From Glycera tridactyla (Eukaryota): a DNA stretch of 64,000 nt. The DNA lies in contig OZ286460.1 of assembly GCA_965644265.1 (NCBI GenBank), positions 21,638,001 through 21,702,000 of the forward strand, written 5' to 3'. Shown one piece after another: positions 51,701 through 61,141 of this stretch (its first letter is position 1; each line of letters begins with the position of its first letter). The notes below the pieces were generated by a model. It was not told the origin of the DNA. It worked only from the letters and a program-made list of their open reading frames with translations, and did no database searches. Both the position numbers and the translations under genes were made by a program.

Positions 51701-54700
51701 GCTTTGGGTAGCCTACCTCCAGGATACCACGACGAGGTGCATAGATTATGAGGAAGATGGCTCTCCGCCGATGGACGTGGACCGATTGCTCTGGATGCCG
51801 ATCTTCTTTCACCTGAACCCAGCCAACCTGAGCATCACGGTAGCCTACAACCAAATCAAATAGTCACAAACTATGCAATCTTATCAAGAAATATTCAAAA
51901 GCAGAAAAAAAGTATGAAGACCACGCTCCAAGCAGAACTGAAGTGAACCATTCATCTCTGATGATTTGATATACAAGAACATCATGTTGGAAACACTTGA
52001 AACAGTCTTTATCCAGGAGAGTACCACAGTTCAAGCACTGCTCTATCAAAATACAATTTTTGAAGCAAACTCTTTTGCTAACATTTCATGCTCTTTCAGG
52101 GTTTTGCTGTTTCCAGAGCATTCACCATTGTTCATAGTTTGCATCAAATATGTTTGATGCACACGTTAAAAAAGCATACGTCAAAAGAAAATTATTGGTA
52201 CATCTTGGCAAATAAGGAATTCCAGAAATTTTCAAGAAATCAAGGTCAAATTCCAGGGCTTCTTCAGGGCTACAAGAGGGACAGGGATGCCAACCTTTGA
52301 TGAACAAAAACGGGACTGCAGAGATGCTTCCAGGATTTTTTCCCGGAGGGGGAATTCCCCCCCAGACTTCTGAGATGAGGGGGATCTGACATATGAAGAG
52401 GGGGATCTTCATTTCCAATTTTCAGGTACCTTTTTTTAATATCTAGAAGTGGTATTATGACATTAAACTTTACGGCACTATAGCCAATTTTATAAAGAGT
52501 TAGTTGAAAAATATCAGAAATCAAATGAAATTTGATTAAGAAAAAAGTAAAATCTGTGCAACTGGTTGGATACATATACATGGATACGGCTGAATAAAGT
52601 TATTTTGAATTGAATTGAATTGAATTGATAAAACAGTGGTTTTAGTAGGAAAGTTGCCTTTCAGGGAAGGTGGTTTGAGCAGGTTTGACTATTATTGGAA
52701 TAACCCCACTCACTGACTGGGTACTTAGTCAATCTGACATGTTCACCATACTAACATTCAAATTTTCGCGCCAAAACGAAGCTGCCGATAGTTCGCATTA
52801 ATCCCACTGCGTACTGAGTGGCGCTGCGATTGGCTCAACCAAGAAGCGAACAGCGCCACATGACGGAAATATCGAGAACTAACGCGAAAACAACATGCGC
52901 AGAAGACGTATTTACGAGTCACACAGCAGAAAGCTGCGCAGCTCTCAATCAAGATGGCCGAATATCGTTCGCACTTGACGAAATGACTAGACGTTTTCCG
53001 CATATTTCTCGATTTTCTGTCGCGCACTCGCTAAATTTTATCGCGGGATTGAGCGTTTTCATTCGCGCAGTGATACTAATGGAGCGCGGGCGATGATGGA
53101 GGAATCGCGAGCATCCCGCGATCGCGCGGCCTGGCGGCATCTCTGGGACTGTGATGAACAAAAACGGGACTGAAGAACCAATAATAGCTCAATTTGTGTT
53201 GAACTGATGAAAGTCTGAATTTCATAAGATGCCAGAATATCATAAGAAAAGTTTATTCATCATGCCAAGATTGTAATGTCTAGTTTCTGTGCCAGGAATT
53301 TTCTGAATGTCTCACCTTTCCACATCCTGGTTGCAACCCCTCGGTGAATATCAATGAGAATGACTCGGCCGAAACTGTCGGTCGTTGCAGCAAGCTTGTT
53401 GTCAGGACTCAATACAATACTCTGACCTATACGTCGCTTATCTGGCAATCCACATCTAGAAAGAGTCAAAACTCAAACTCTGAGAAAGAAATGGGGAAAA
53501 CATACAGAGAAATCACAATGAAATTTATTTTGAGGCATAATCTGTCACCAGCCATACCAAGATCTTTGAATCCCATGGAGATTCACCCATATCTGAAGAT
53601 GAACATCCATAATACAGTATCACTCAACCAAACTCCAAATGGTTGCTCTGTGAAATCTCATTTTTTTCATGTACTTCATGTTGAAATCCTATTCAACAAA
53701 AGATGTGTAACACATCCACAGATCCTGATTGGCTTGCAAAACAGTATTAATACAACCTCATAATATAGTGATACATAAATTGATGCCTAGTTTATCAATC
53801 TTGTCAGTAATGACCGCTTAGAGTATAAATGATGATCATTTTCACACAAATTTTGAGACATCTCACAAAGTTTTTCTGAAGGACCTTCCAAAAACAGATT
53901 TCTTCGAATTACAAAGAATTCCCATATAGCTATGCATCACAGGAAAAAATGCATCACATATGCATTGATGAGGAAGTTGCAAGTTTGATAGATTATCCCA
54001 AGACAAACACACCTTGTGGGTAGAGCTGTTGCTGGTTCAATTTTCGGTCGTTTCTCTCGGTGATTTTCCTGGGGCTGCCGAATACCAAACCATCCACTAT
54101 AAAATAATGCAAATAATCAGTCAACAGAAACATCATCCTCATCGATGTAAGATTACAATCAATTCTAGTTTCTCATGACCCTTGAATTTCTCAGTGAAAG
54201 TGCAGAGAAACACAAAATTTAAATTGGTTTCAATGGGAAGAATCTTTGCTCTGGAAGCATTCTTCAATGGTTACATTATTCATGCTTCAAAGACATGAGC
54301 AAACACTGTTGTTTGTCACAACTAGCGATCATGTGTACATTGGCAGCATGTTTTTTTGTTCAAAAAGCAGGAGATCTTGCACTTAACTGCTGATGAACCA
54401 TTCCAGTTTGGACTCAGGACATTCAGATTACCTGAATGTGATATTCCAAAACCATGAGATATTCCTTTCAATATTCTGTTGGTTTATATCTCATGGAATA
54501 GGCGGTATATGCCAACCGATGATAAATTCACTCCATATGGATAGGTTAGTAAGACAGATTTAGGAGAGCTTGATTTCAACTGTGAATGATGAGAGATTTA
54601 TCTGTTACATATGCCAGATCTACAAGAGCTGGGTGCAAGCGTCCTTCGCTCAGACATCAAAAACAGATGACAGAGGTCCCCTTCTTTCTATGGTGACATT

Positions 54701-57700
54701 ACTCATTGACTGTGAGTTTAATCTGAAGTCCACCACTTTTGGTGAGATTGATTGCTTGATTGCTTGATGTTTGACGGCATGTATCAACCTGAAGGATTAT
54801 GTATGTCGTGTGTTCCTGGTAAATGAAAGCTAGATGTTCTGTCCCCAGCAGGCATCACTTACACAAACCCTGAACACAAGATGATTGTGAACCTGCAAAG
54901 TCGTCAAGTTGAAGTAGCTGACAGTCCAGACACACCTCTACCTACTCAACATGAACAAACTGAGTCTAATGAATCTAATGATGGCATAGGTATTTAACTA
55001 TGTAACTGGCTGGATGCTGACACTCAAGTCTGATAGCAATGTTTCTTTTTGAGCACTTTTGGGGGTGTTGCAGTGAGGTGAGTCTTACCTGGCAGCTGAG
55101 ATCTGTGAGAAGAGAGCTGACTTCAGTTTACTGGCGACTGCATGAGCCACGTCTGACAACATCGGCTGGCTACTGCCCTGTTAAAACAAATAATCTAAGT
55201 CTCAGAGGTTGAAATATGAAGAAAACAACAGTGGAGAACATTGACAAGCCAAACCAAGAGTTTACAAACCCATTTTTTTTAAAGGTTATTCTCGATCAGA
55301 ATGAAAGGGGGCCCATTTCAGCTAATATCTCCGATGTAACCAGACTATCAGTGACGCCCTGTGTCACATGATTAGATGTACGTATATTTCGCTGTGTCAC
55401 ATTGTTTGATGTAACCTTTCTATTTTAAAATTAGTCAATGTACATAATGAGCAAGCCTACAACCTGTGACAAGAAAGCTTCTTTTCCAGAATACTTTTGC
55501 ATCAATTCTTCATAAATATATATCTAACCAGCAAACATCTGTCTTGAGGATTCAACACACATTAGCCTGCCTGCTCATCAAAGGTTTCACTGTGTCACAT
55601 ATCAATTTTTACTGCAACCAGAACTGCAGCAAGCTTAAAAAAAAAGTGTAGAACACAATGATTTGTCTCACAATATTTCACCACTTTGGATTTGTGGTTT
55701 GATCAGCACATTGTCATTATTGAGACTGTTTTCAACACCACTGACACCCTGACAGATCTTGATTACATGATATGGACCTAAATCTGACCACAGGCAGCCA
55801 TTGGGACTCTTCAGGCTTCTTACTACTCTGCATTTTATCCAATATGCAAAAGCCTAGTCAATATATCCATAAGTGGCCTAGCCTTGCTCAGAATCAAGCA
55901 GGTACTGGCTTGCAGGCTAAGGTCAATCTTGAAGCACAAATCTGATCACAAATCCATCTAGAAAGCCTTCANNNNNNNNNNNNNNNNNNNNNNNNNNNNN
56001 NNNNNNNNNNNNNNNNNNNNNNNNNNNNNNNNNNNNNNNNNNNNNNNNNNNNNNNNNNNNNNNNNNNNNNNNNNNNNNNNNNNNNNNNNNNNNNNNNNNN
56101 NNNNNNNNNNNNNNAGATGTTGCCACTCTGGCTGATATAGATGACCTTGAGATTGTTGTAAAATAAATATTGAAATTGAAGCAAGATATGGGAACACCTT
56201 CCCAACACAAATTGAATACATGCATAATCACATCTCTAGATAACTTCAAAATGAAAAAAACCCAAATCTTTTAAAAGTATGTTAAGGTATAGGGAGCAAG
56301 GGAAGAGGAAGTTGGGAATGCATACATAATGGAATGCATACATAATGAAAGTTATTTGGATTAAGATATATGGAAGTTATCCGTAAACTGTTCATAACAA
56401 AAGATGTGAACTCAAAAAATGATATAAAAGATAAAGAAATAGAAATATTGAAACTAGGGAGGGAGCACTCAAATTGAATTTGATCCATGACCAGTAGTTT
56501 TTTGAGTTGTGGTAAGGAAAGGGAATGCTTCAGAATTTACTGTTCACCAGAACTGAAACATATCTGACTTTGGATGAACTATCTGAATTTAATATATTTC
56601 CCCAAAAGGGCTGATTACCCACTTTCAGAGATAGTGATCCTGATGATGACACAACGTGGGCAGAGGCAGAGTGTGGAAGACTAGCAGTGGTTCACAGTCT
56701 AGCAGTTTACAGTCTGATATCCTCAGCAAATTCAAAGAATTACCAACTACATTTCGGGGCTCTATGTTGCTACCTGTGGGTAGCCAATAGCTACCAAATT
56801 CACCCTCCGACTACCATATTTTAAAAGTTAGGAGCCAGCCGCCCCATAAATTTTGAGAGGTTGTAATTCACGATGTATTGACTGGCTACCAAAATTTCAC
56901 ACGGGCTACCAAAAACTTCAAGTTCAGAGTGACTGCATTCAACTCGCCACTAGCAAGGTTTGCACAGTACTAACCATCGATCACAATATAATTCAGAGAA
57001 TGTTTTTCTACTGCTCAGGATATATTTTTTGCTCACGAAAGTTTGTTCTCACAACATATGATTAAATGTGACTAGTTTTCCTTCACACCATCTATAGCCA
57101 GACTTACTAAGTTTTGCCTTTTTCTTTTGGGTGCTGGAGCCTGGCTTGCACTTTCATGTCTCTTGCGCTTTGGAATTGCACTGTGACAGCCAAGTCCATT
57201 CCTAATACTTTGCGCAGCACTTGAAACCAAAGCTGGAGCTGCTGATAATATTTTGGGCCAACTAACAAACTGTCAAAAGTAGAAGCAACCTTTCCTAAAT
57301 TTGATGCATGGAAAGATCATGTATGTTAAAAAATTCTAGAACAACATAAAAGAATCATAGAGATAAACAAATTCTTAAGTAAGTCGACTGAAACCAATTA
57401 AGAAAACGCAGATGATGAAAGTGAGTTTCTATGTCTAGAAAATCAAATATTTTGATCCCATCAATAATTTTTGAATGAAATTTCAAGTGAAACTGTTTCA
57501 GCTAAAGAAGGTTTATGGTAGAAACTTAATAGTTCATAAATGCACTCAAGCCTGCGACTTGAGGACCCTTACAACAGATCATCTGTTCTGAGAGACCACA
57601 GTCATTTTTTTATCAGACATATTAAAATGTATCGGGCACAAAATATGGCATGTCATGTTTGAAACATTCATGGTAATTGAATGTGGGTGTTAATTGAAAA

Positions 57701-60352
57701 AATGCTGCCAACTTCACAATCACATCTCAAGGCATTCCTTTTCAGGCTCAAAATGTTTTCAAGTGCCTAAATTCATTGTTGTTAACTACAACAGCATACA
57801 ATTCACATCCGAGTGAAGTGGAGTGATAGAATACCAAGATGCCTCCTGTGTGAGATGCACAGATTATAAGGATCTGTGGGATACAGTAGACTGCAACCAG
57901 AGAACCCACAGAGAGAGACCACCTCTGATGGGAGACCACCCTCCCAGGTCAGCTTTGTTATTCGACATAGTCAAATATACCCCCAACCAGAGAAGACCTA
58001 TTTCGAGAGACAGCTTTTTGGGGACAGTTATGGCAGTCTCTCATCACAGGTTTCACTCTAGTACCGGTAGTCTGGTATGGAATGGCCAAGCTGGTCAAAC
58101 GTGGTCACACATCTGTGCAGGAGCTGTGTTCAACTTTGTGAGAGTACACATGTACACAGTGGAGATGAGAATAGAGTGATGTCTTCTAACTTATTTAGGG
58201 TGTTTCAGTTGCAGATAACACTGAACCTCTCGCACACATCTGCAAGAAGTATTGCCAGCACACATGCATGCATGCACACTAGCAGGTAATACGTGGCCAG
58301 TATTCTTGTACGATATCAGGACTAGAGGCCTGTAAGCCTAGAGAACCAGCTGCTGCTTCATGATCATCTGCTGATCAGTACTAGAAGATAATGAGAGATA
58401 AGACTACTGGACAATCAGCATTTCTAAAGATCTAAAATTAGAATCGGAGAATGGATAAAAAATGTTCCAGGTTTCGATATTTCATGGTTTTCATGGAGCA
58501 CATGGGATGGGTTCAGTTCGTATCAATCTCAGGGTTGAGTAGCTCAGCTTCAGTGATATCCCACTTGGTGAGACTGCAATGAGAATTATTTCAGCCTTCA
58601 GACTCGCGAATTCTCAAGGCTGCCTCACCTCATGAGCTCTGGCTACAGCATGAAAGCAGATGGGGAAATGACTACAGCAAGTAAGATCAGGAGAGGAGGG
58701 CTTCCCAACTTTCACAAAAATTATGACATTTATTAAATTGGACCATCTCTCAAGCACCCAGGGATCCAGTTAGTCTCCATCAAAACAATTCCCCTTTCAG
58801 TCACTATTCCTCTTCCTATATTCACTACTATGGAAATGCCTTGAATATTCATGGATACTTGTACCATGATGTGATCTACTGGCACCATTATTGAGTGAAA
58901 ACACACATGANNNNNNNNNNNNNNNNNNNNNNNNNNNNNNNNNNNNNNNNNNNNNNNNNNNNNNNNNNNNNNNNNNNNNNNNNNNNNNNNNNNNNNNNNN
59001 NNNNNNNNNNNNNNNNNNNNNNNNNNNNNNNNNNNNNNNNNNNNNNNNNNNNNNNNNNNNNNNNNNNNNNNNNNNNNNNNNNNNNNNNNNNNNNNNNNNN
59101 NNNNNNNNNNNAGCCATGCTAAAACATGACACTGAGAATGTGGCACTGCATGTTTTACCACTTACAAGTAGATATGGGACTGCCTGCAAGAATAGTAGCA
59201 CAAGAGTTCACTTAATATAACTGATTTGTTTTCTATTCTTTTCCAAGAAGAGAGGAGCAAAGTTGACTAACCTCACAGCGAGCATGATTCATCAAGTACT
59301 GTATTCAAATTTCAGATTCAGATGCATTCATTTTAATTCACATGTACATTTGTGATACATGAACCAGGAGTTTAATTCTAATGTGACATATGCGTATTGA
59401 ATAAAAAGAAAATATACTATATTTCTAATGTTTTCCCATAAAAGCATGTTAACAGGTCAAGGAAGAGCACCCTATCCAAGCTGATCCCAAGAGGCTGGAT
59501 AATGATTGGATAATCTATAAATCATTCCTGCCAGCAGGCAACTGTGAAGACAGGCATTTCAGAATTTGAATGATCACATGAGTTTGGATGACTAGCTAAT
59601 GGCATGAGGGTGAAACCTGAGCCAGATCTGTCAGTCACTCAGTAGGTTAAAGATTATCTAGTACCCAACACCAGATTTATATGAAGCGGATCAGGTGGAT
59701 GATGACGGAGAAGTGGGAAATAAAAACTGTTGGTGAGATTTCAAAAAGGGTGACCAACCTCCACAGCATAGTAGACTCCCATGTATGGCCCCATACCACC
59801 AGTCAGGTAAAGATGAGAGGCAGGAGGGGTTGCCTTTACGCTGGCACTGGGTCCACTCAACATCGACGCCATCTGCATCTGATCGAATGGATTCGGTGTC
59901 ACTATGCCTGCAAACACAGAGATCATTTAATGCACCAGACTTTCCCTACATTAAAACAAAGAGATAATCAGGAGAATATGAGAACCAGTATAAAGGTTTC
60001 AATTAGGACATACATCGCATGAAATTAGCAAAGATGTGAAATGTATGAGAGATTATCCTCATGAAAATGAACAATGTAAACACCAAGCAGTGCTCGAAAG
60101 TAACTTCACATCACCACTGAATTGGTGATGCCGATAAAATTCAGAGGACTTTGAACTGTGGCAGACCCACCTATGGTATGACCTTTGTCCTTTGGTTGAT
60201 TCTAACATTATCACAAGGCTTAGTGTGACAAACTTAAATGGTGCAGTACATACCACATGAGATGTGATCATTGATCTGGTCTTGATCTTGTAACCCCCAC
60301 TTCTTGTATGCCAACGGTGGAGGCTGGATCAAATCATGACCACTTGCCGCAG
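26668..60352 (-). CDS. RAB3GAP2: Rab3 GTPase-activating protein non-catalytic subunit orthologue, multi-exon gene span (5' exons not found in window)
   Basis: 26 phase-consistent GT-AG exons. Diagnostic peptides: [109 protein letters not shown]. Confidence 0.95.
27265..27423 (-). CDS. RAB3GAP2: RAB3GAP2 exon (VLLSVNDH...GQRLA...SWLKSM)
   Basis: tttcag acceptor, gtgagt donor; 53 codons. Confidence 0.9.
27766..27943. mobile_element. TA-flanked MITE, family A
   Basis: TA|cagtcgaacctg...caggtgtgactg|TA. Confidence 0.8.
28394..28520. mobile_element. TA-flanked MITE, family B (internally deleted)
   Basis: TA|cagtgaaacc...ggtttcactg|TA. Confidence 0.75.
28619..28918 (-). CDS. RAB3GAP2: RAB3GAP2 exon ([10 protein letters not shown]...[20 protein letters not shown])
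   Basis: ttgcag acceptor, gtatga donor; 100 codons. Confidence 0.9.
29476..29565 (-). CDS. RAB3GAP2: RAB3GAP2 exon ([15 protein letters not shown]...)
   Basis: caatag acceptor, gtaggt donor; 30 codons. Confidence 0.85.
29776..30383. mobile_element. PIF/Harbinger-like MITE (608 bp, GC/CpG-rich)
   Basis: 17-bp TIR agccacccttacatagg/cctatgtaagggtggct; TTA on both flanks. Confidence 0.85.
30502..30711 (-). CDS. RAB3GAP2: RAB3GAP2 exon ([16 protein letters not shown]...[10 protein letters not shown])
   Basis: ttgttag acceptor, gtatgt donor; 70 codons. Confidence 0.92.
31390..31464 (-). CDS. RAB3GAP2: RAB3GAP2 exon ([25 protein letters not shown])
   Basis: ttgtag acceptor, gtatgc donor. Confidence 0.85.
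31915..32095 (+). mobile_element. SINE-like dispersed repeat copy
   Basis: gtagaggtgcgtctgaagtgtcagctacttcca...ctagctttcattgaccaggaacaca.ggcatacataatcc. Confidence 0.65.
32305..32340 (-). CDS. RAB3GAP2: RAB3GAP2 36-nt exon ([12 protein letters not shown])
   Basis: ttttatag acceptor, gtgaga donor; matches recalled VGKSPKDRLCRR. Confidence 0.85.
33205..33275 (-). CDS. RAB3GAP2: RAB3GAP2 exon ([23 protein letters not shown])
   Basis: ttgcag acceptor, gtgaga donor. Confidence 0.88.
33855..34090 (-). mobile_element. Second SINE-like repeat with a (GTTT)n tail
   Basis: (GTTT)n microsatellite abutting a ~230-bp non-AT-rich body; single copy in the window. Confidence 0.4.
34215..34281 (-). CDS. 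RAB3GAP2: RAB3GAP2 exon ([22 protein letters not shown])
   Basis: ttcatag acceptor, gtgagt donor. Confidence 0.82.
34763..34984. mobile_element. CAGGG-ended non-autonomous element (222 bp)
   Basis: cagggttgcatcaag/ctggatgcaaacctg imperfect TIR; flanks ccctcc/ccctac. Confidence 0.65.
35044..35150 (-). CDS. RAB3GAP2: RAB3GAP2 exon ([13 protein letters not shown]...[14 protein letters not shown])
   Basis: tgtgcag acceptor, gtaggt donor. Confidence 0.9.
35315..36716 (+). mobile_element. Helentron/HINE(DINE-1)-like non-autonomous element with a nested MITE
   Basis: 5' aactagaactgt...atgcccccc; 3' (GACA/GACG)n microsatellite then hairpin gcccccctaccttcggttggggggc and an A-run; spans an N-gap. 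Confidence 0.65.
35803..36377. mobile_element. hAT-like MITE (575 bp) with a 5-bp TSD
   Basis: TIR cagggcgctaagagatc/gatgtcttcgcgccctg (15/17); CAGGA on both flanks; CpG-rich. Confidence 0.85.
36880..37114. repeat. 58-bp minisatellite, 4 copies
   Basis: tgtagacattctcctttaatcaaggaacatctgacatatcaatgagtgtgtggtgagc x4 (last unit +3 nt). Confidence 0.95.
37140..37763. mobile_element. Tc1/mariner (Tigger/pogo-like) MITE, 624 bp
   Basis: TA|ccatatatactggcgtataag...cttatatgccagtatataggg|TA (19/21); subterminal gacttata repeats. Confidence 0.82.
37870..38028 (-). CDS. RAB3GAP2: RAB3GAP2 exon ([17 protein letters not shown]...)
   Basis: ttccag acceptor, gtatga donor; phase 1-1. Confidence 0.8.
38417..38663 (-). 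CDS. RAB3GAP2: RAB3GAP2 exon (...[23 protein letters not shown]...[11 protein letters not shown])
   Basis: tttcag acceptor, gtaagt donor. Confidence 0.9.
40364..40515 (-). CDS. RAB3GAP2: RAB3GAP2 exon (...[12 protein letters not shown]...[13 protein letters not shown])
   Basis: tttcag acceptor, gtaaac donor. Confidence 0.9.
41185..41198. mobile_element. Right terminus of another GGGCTATTCCATTT (Harbinger-like) copy
   Basis: aaatggaatagccc|TTA, with C-rich cccc.gaatt motifs upstream (40920-41130). Confidence 0.5.
41440..41536 (-). CDS. RAB3GAP2: RAB3GAP2 exon ([16 protein letters not shown]...)
   Basis: ttgcag acceptor, gtaaat donor. Confidence 0.82.
42323..42417 (-). CDS. RAB3GAP2: RAB3GAP2 exon ([12 protein letters not shown]...ISPEKLL)
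   Basis: tttcag acceptor, gtaagt donor. Confidence 0.82.
42973..43198 (-). CDS. RAB3GAP2: RAB3GAP2 exon ([13 protein letters not shown]...KYAQI)
   Basis: tttcag acceptor, gtgagt donor; 75 codons +1 nt. Confidence 0.8.
43481..43639. mobile_element. TA-flanked MITE, family B
   Basis: TA|cagtgaaacctg...caggttccacta; aligns with 46879-47055. Confidence 0.75.
44040..44096. repeat. (CA)n microsatellite
   Basis: Direct inspection; a second tract lies at 45710-45755. Confidence 0.9.
44452..45425. mobile_element. hAT-like non-autonomous element (974 bp) with a 6-bp TSD
   Basis: 23-bp TIR cagggatgtgctttt.ccgtttt; CATTAC on both flanks; internal ~115-bp duplication at 44490-44720. Confidence 0.88.
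45920..46738 (+). mobile_element. Helentron/HINE-like element with an internal ~160-170-bp satellite (4 units)
   Basis: aaaacaatca.aatcaaaatc.atc at 46111, 46269, 46441 and 46599; 3' (GAC)n-rich tract then hairpin agctcatc...gatgagct. Confidence 0.65.
46879..47055. mobile_element. TA-flanked MITE, family B (intact)
   Basis: TA|cagtgaaacctgc...gcaggtttcactg|TA (13-bp TIR). Confidence 0.88.
47130..48615 (+). mobile_element. Helitron/HINE-like composite repeat with a CAAGGTCATGACCTT satellite
   Basis: Starts aacaagg; ~100-150-bp units each containing AGGTCATGACCT (8 copies); ends with a cggacagacag tract; ends are imprecise. Confidence 0.55.
48812..48966 (-). CDS. RAB3GAP2: RAB3GAP2 exon ([22 protein letters not shown]...)
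   Basis: ttgtag acceptor, gtaagc donor. Confidence 0.82.
49393..49548 (-). CDS. RAB3GAP2: RAB3GAP2 exon ([24 protein letters not shown]...)
   Basis: ttgtag acceptor, gttagt donor. Confidence 0.85.
50073..50155 (-). CDS. RAB3GAP2: RAB3GAP2 exon ([17 protein letters not shown]...)
   Basis: ttgcag acceptor, gtcagc donor. Confidence 0.88.
50406..50583. mobile_element. TA-flanked MITE, family A (opposite orientation)
   Basis: TA|cagtcaaacct...aggtttgactg|TA; gtcgcagctcag is the reverse of the family core. Confidence 0.82.
50843..51042 (-). CDS. RAB3GAP2: RAB3GAP2 exon ([15 protein letters not shown]...IPFHLAL)
   Basis: ttgcag acceptor, gtaagc donor. Confidence 0.93.
51717..51844 (-). CDS. RAB3GAP2: RAB3GAP2 exon (GYRDAQVGW...[10 protein letters not shown])
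   Basis: ttgtag acceptor, gtaggc donor. Confidence 0.93.
52319..53145. mobile_element. CAGAGATG-ended non-autonomous element (827 bp) with a 6-bp TSD
   Basis: TIR cagagatgcttccagg/cctggcggcatctctg (13/16); GGACTG on both flanks; CpG-rich right half. Confidence 0.7.
53316..53455 (-). CDS. RAB3GAP2: RAB3GAP2 exon ([17 protein letters not shown]...RMWK)
   Basis: ttctag acceptor, gtgaga donor. Confidence 0.93.
54013..54096 (-). CDS. RAB3GAP2: RAB3GAP2 exon (GWFGIRQ...[13 protein letters not shown])
   Basis: tttatag acceptor, gtgtgt donor. Confidence 0.88.
54745..55015 (-). mobile_element. SINE-like dispersed repeat with a (TGAT/TTGA)n tail
   Basis: Microsatellite tail plus a body aligning with 24085-24345. 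Confidence 0.7.
55089..55177 (-). CDS. RAB3GAP2: RAB3GAP2 exon ([23 protein letters not shown]...)
   Basis: ttaacag acceptor, gtaaga donor. Confidence 0.92.
57884..58058. mobile_element. TA-flanked MITE, family B
   Basis: gagaccacctctgatgggagacc, gacatagtcaaatatacc, caggtttcact. Confidence 0.7.
59759..59907 (-). CDS. RAB3GAP2: RAB3GAP2 exon ([14 protein letters not shown]...GVYYAVE)
   Basis: ttgcag acceptor, gttggt donor. Confidence 0.9.
60254..60352 (-). CDS. RAB3GAP2: RAB3GAP2 exon ([29 protein letters not shown])
   Basis: cttacag acceptor, gtatgt donor; near-identical to recalled [14 protein letters not shown]. Confidence 0.93.
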
Positions 60353-61141
60353 CTGTAAGGCAAATAAATACAAAACAATTGAGGATTGATGGACAAGATC
60401 TCCACCTCATTCAACTAGATGCTCTCAGTGAGTGTGAATGCCCTGCAGAGTGCACATCTGTCACCAGAGGAGTGAATTAGAAAAGTGAGATACAGGAACA
60501 GAAATCGCTACGTTTTTACATGTGATGGATGTCCAAAAGTTAGCGTGCCATGTTGATTACCCTCTAACTTTCTGACTCATTGTCTGCAAAGCATCACTAC
60601 CCTGTAAACAGTATTCACTACAGTAGATTGGTGAATTTGACTTGGTAATCATTCTGGTCAATTGCCTACAGCTTTTAGATGCTATACATAAATTGAATGG
60701 TGTCACACATAATCGATCTGCTTGGGGGCATGAGACTGGATCCTGTAGAAGTATGGATAGTGAGTTTTTCCCCCATGACCAATGTTATTCTTGTATTTGT
60801 CTCCGAATTAAACCATCCATTCACAAGTGCATCTGATTTTTGACAAGGGTGTTAAGTTGACCTTGAAGACATCCAGTGGGTATTTCTTTCTCAAGGCAGG
60901 GTCATTGATATACAGTAAAGGTATAGATGATGCTGTGAAAGAAGTCCCTGTCCTCCCAGAAAAAGTCACCAGGACCATCTCAGGTGATCATACATATGGA
61001 GTGCTGTTGAGCACTTTTTTCTGTGAAATATATTTCTCCGGGGTTCAAACAAATTAAACTTTAGTAGCCAGAGTGAAAACACAACAAGGCTGTCTCATGG
61101 GCGAGACATAATAATGGCAACGCCAGTTGTATGAAGGGGTG

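Noticed and set aside
2696-59220. ORFs containing X runs (near 2.7-3.5, 17.0-17.3, 27.0, 35.4, 49.0, 56.0 and 58.8 kb)
   Set aside because: These are artefacts of translating through N-gaps; only the portions matching the exons listed above are credible.
60800-61030. Minus-strand open stretch considered as the next upstream RAB3GAP2 exon
   Set aside because: It has no similarity to the expected segment (IVTIDGFSL...CRNQ) and no usable splice sites in frame.
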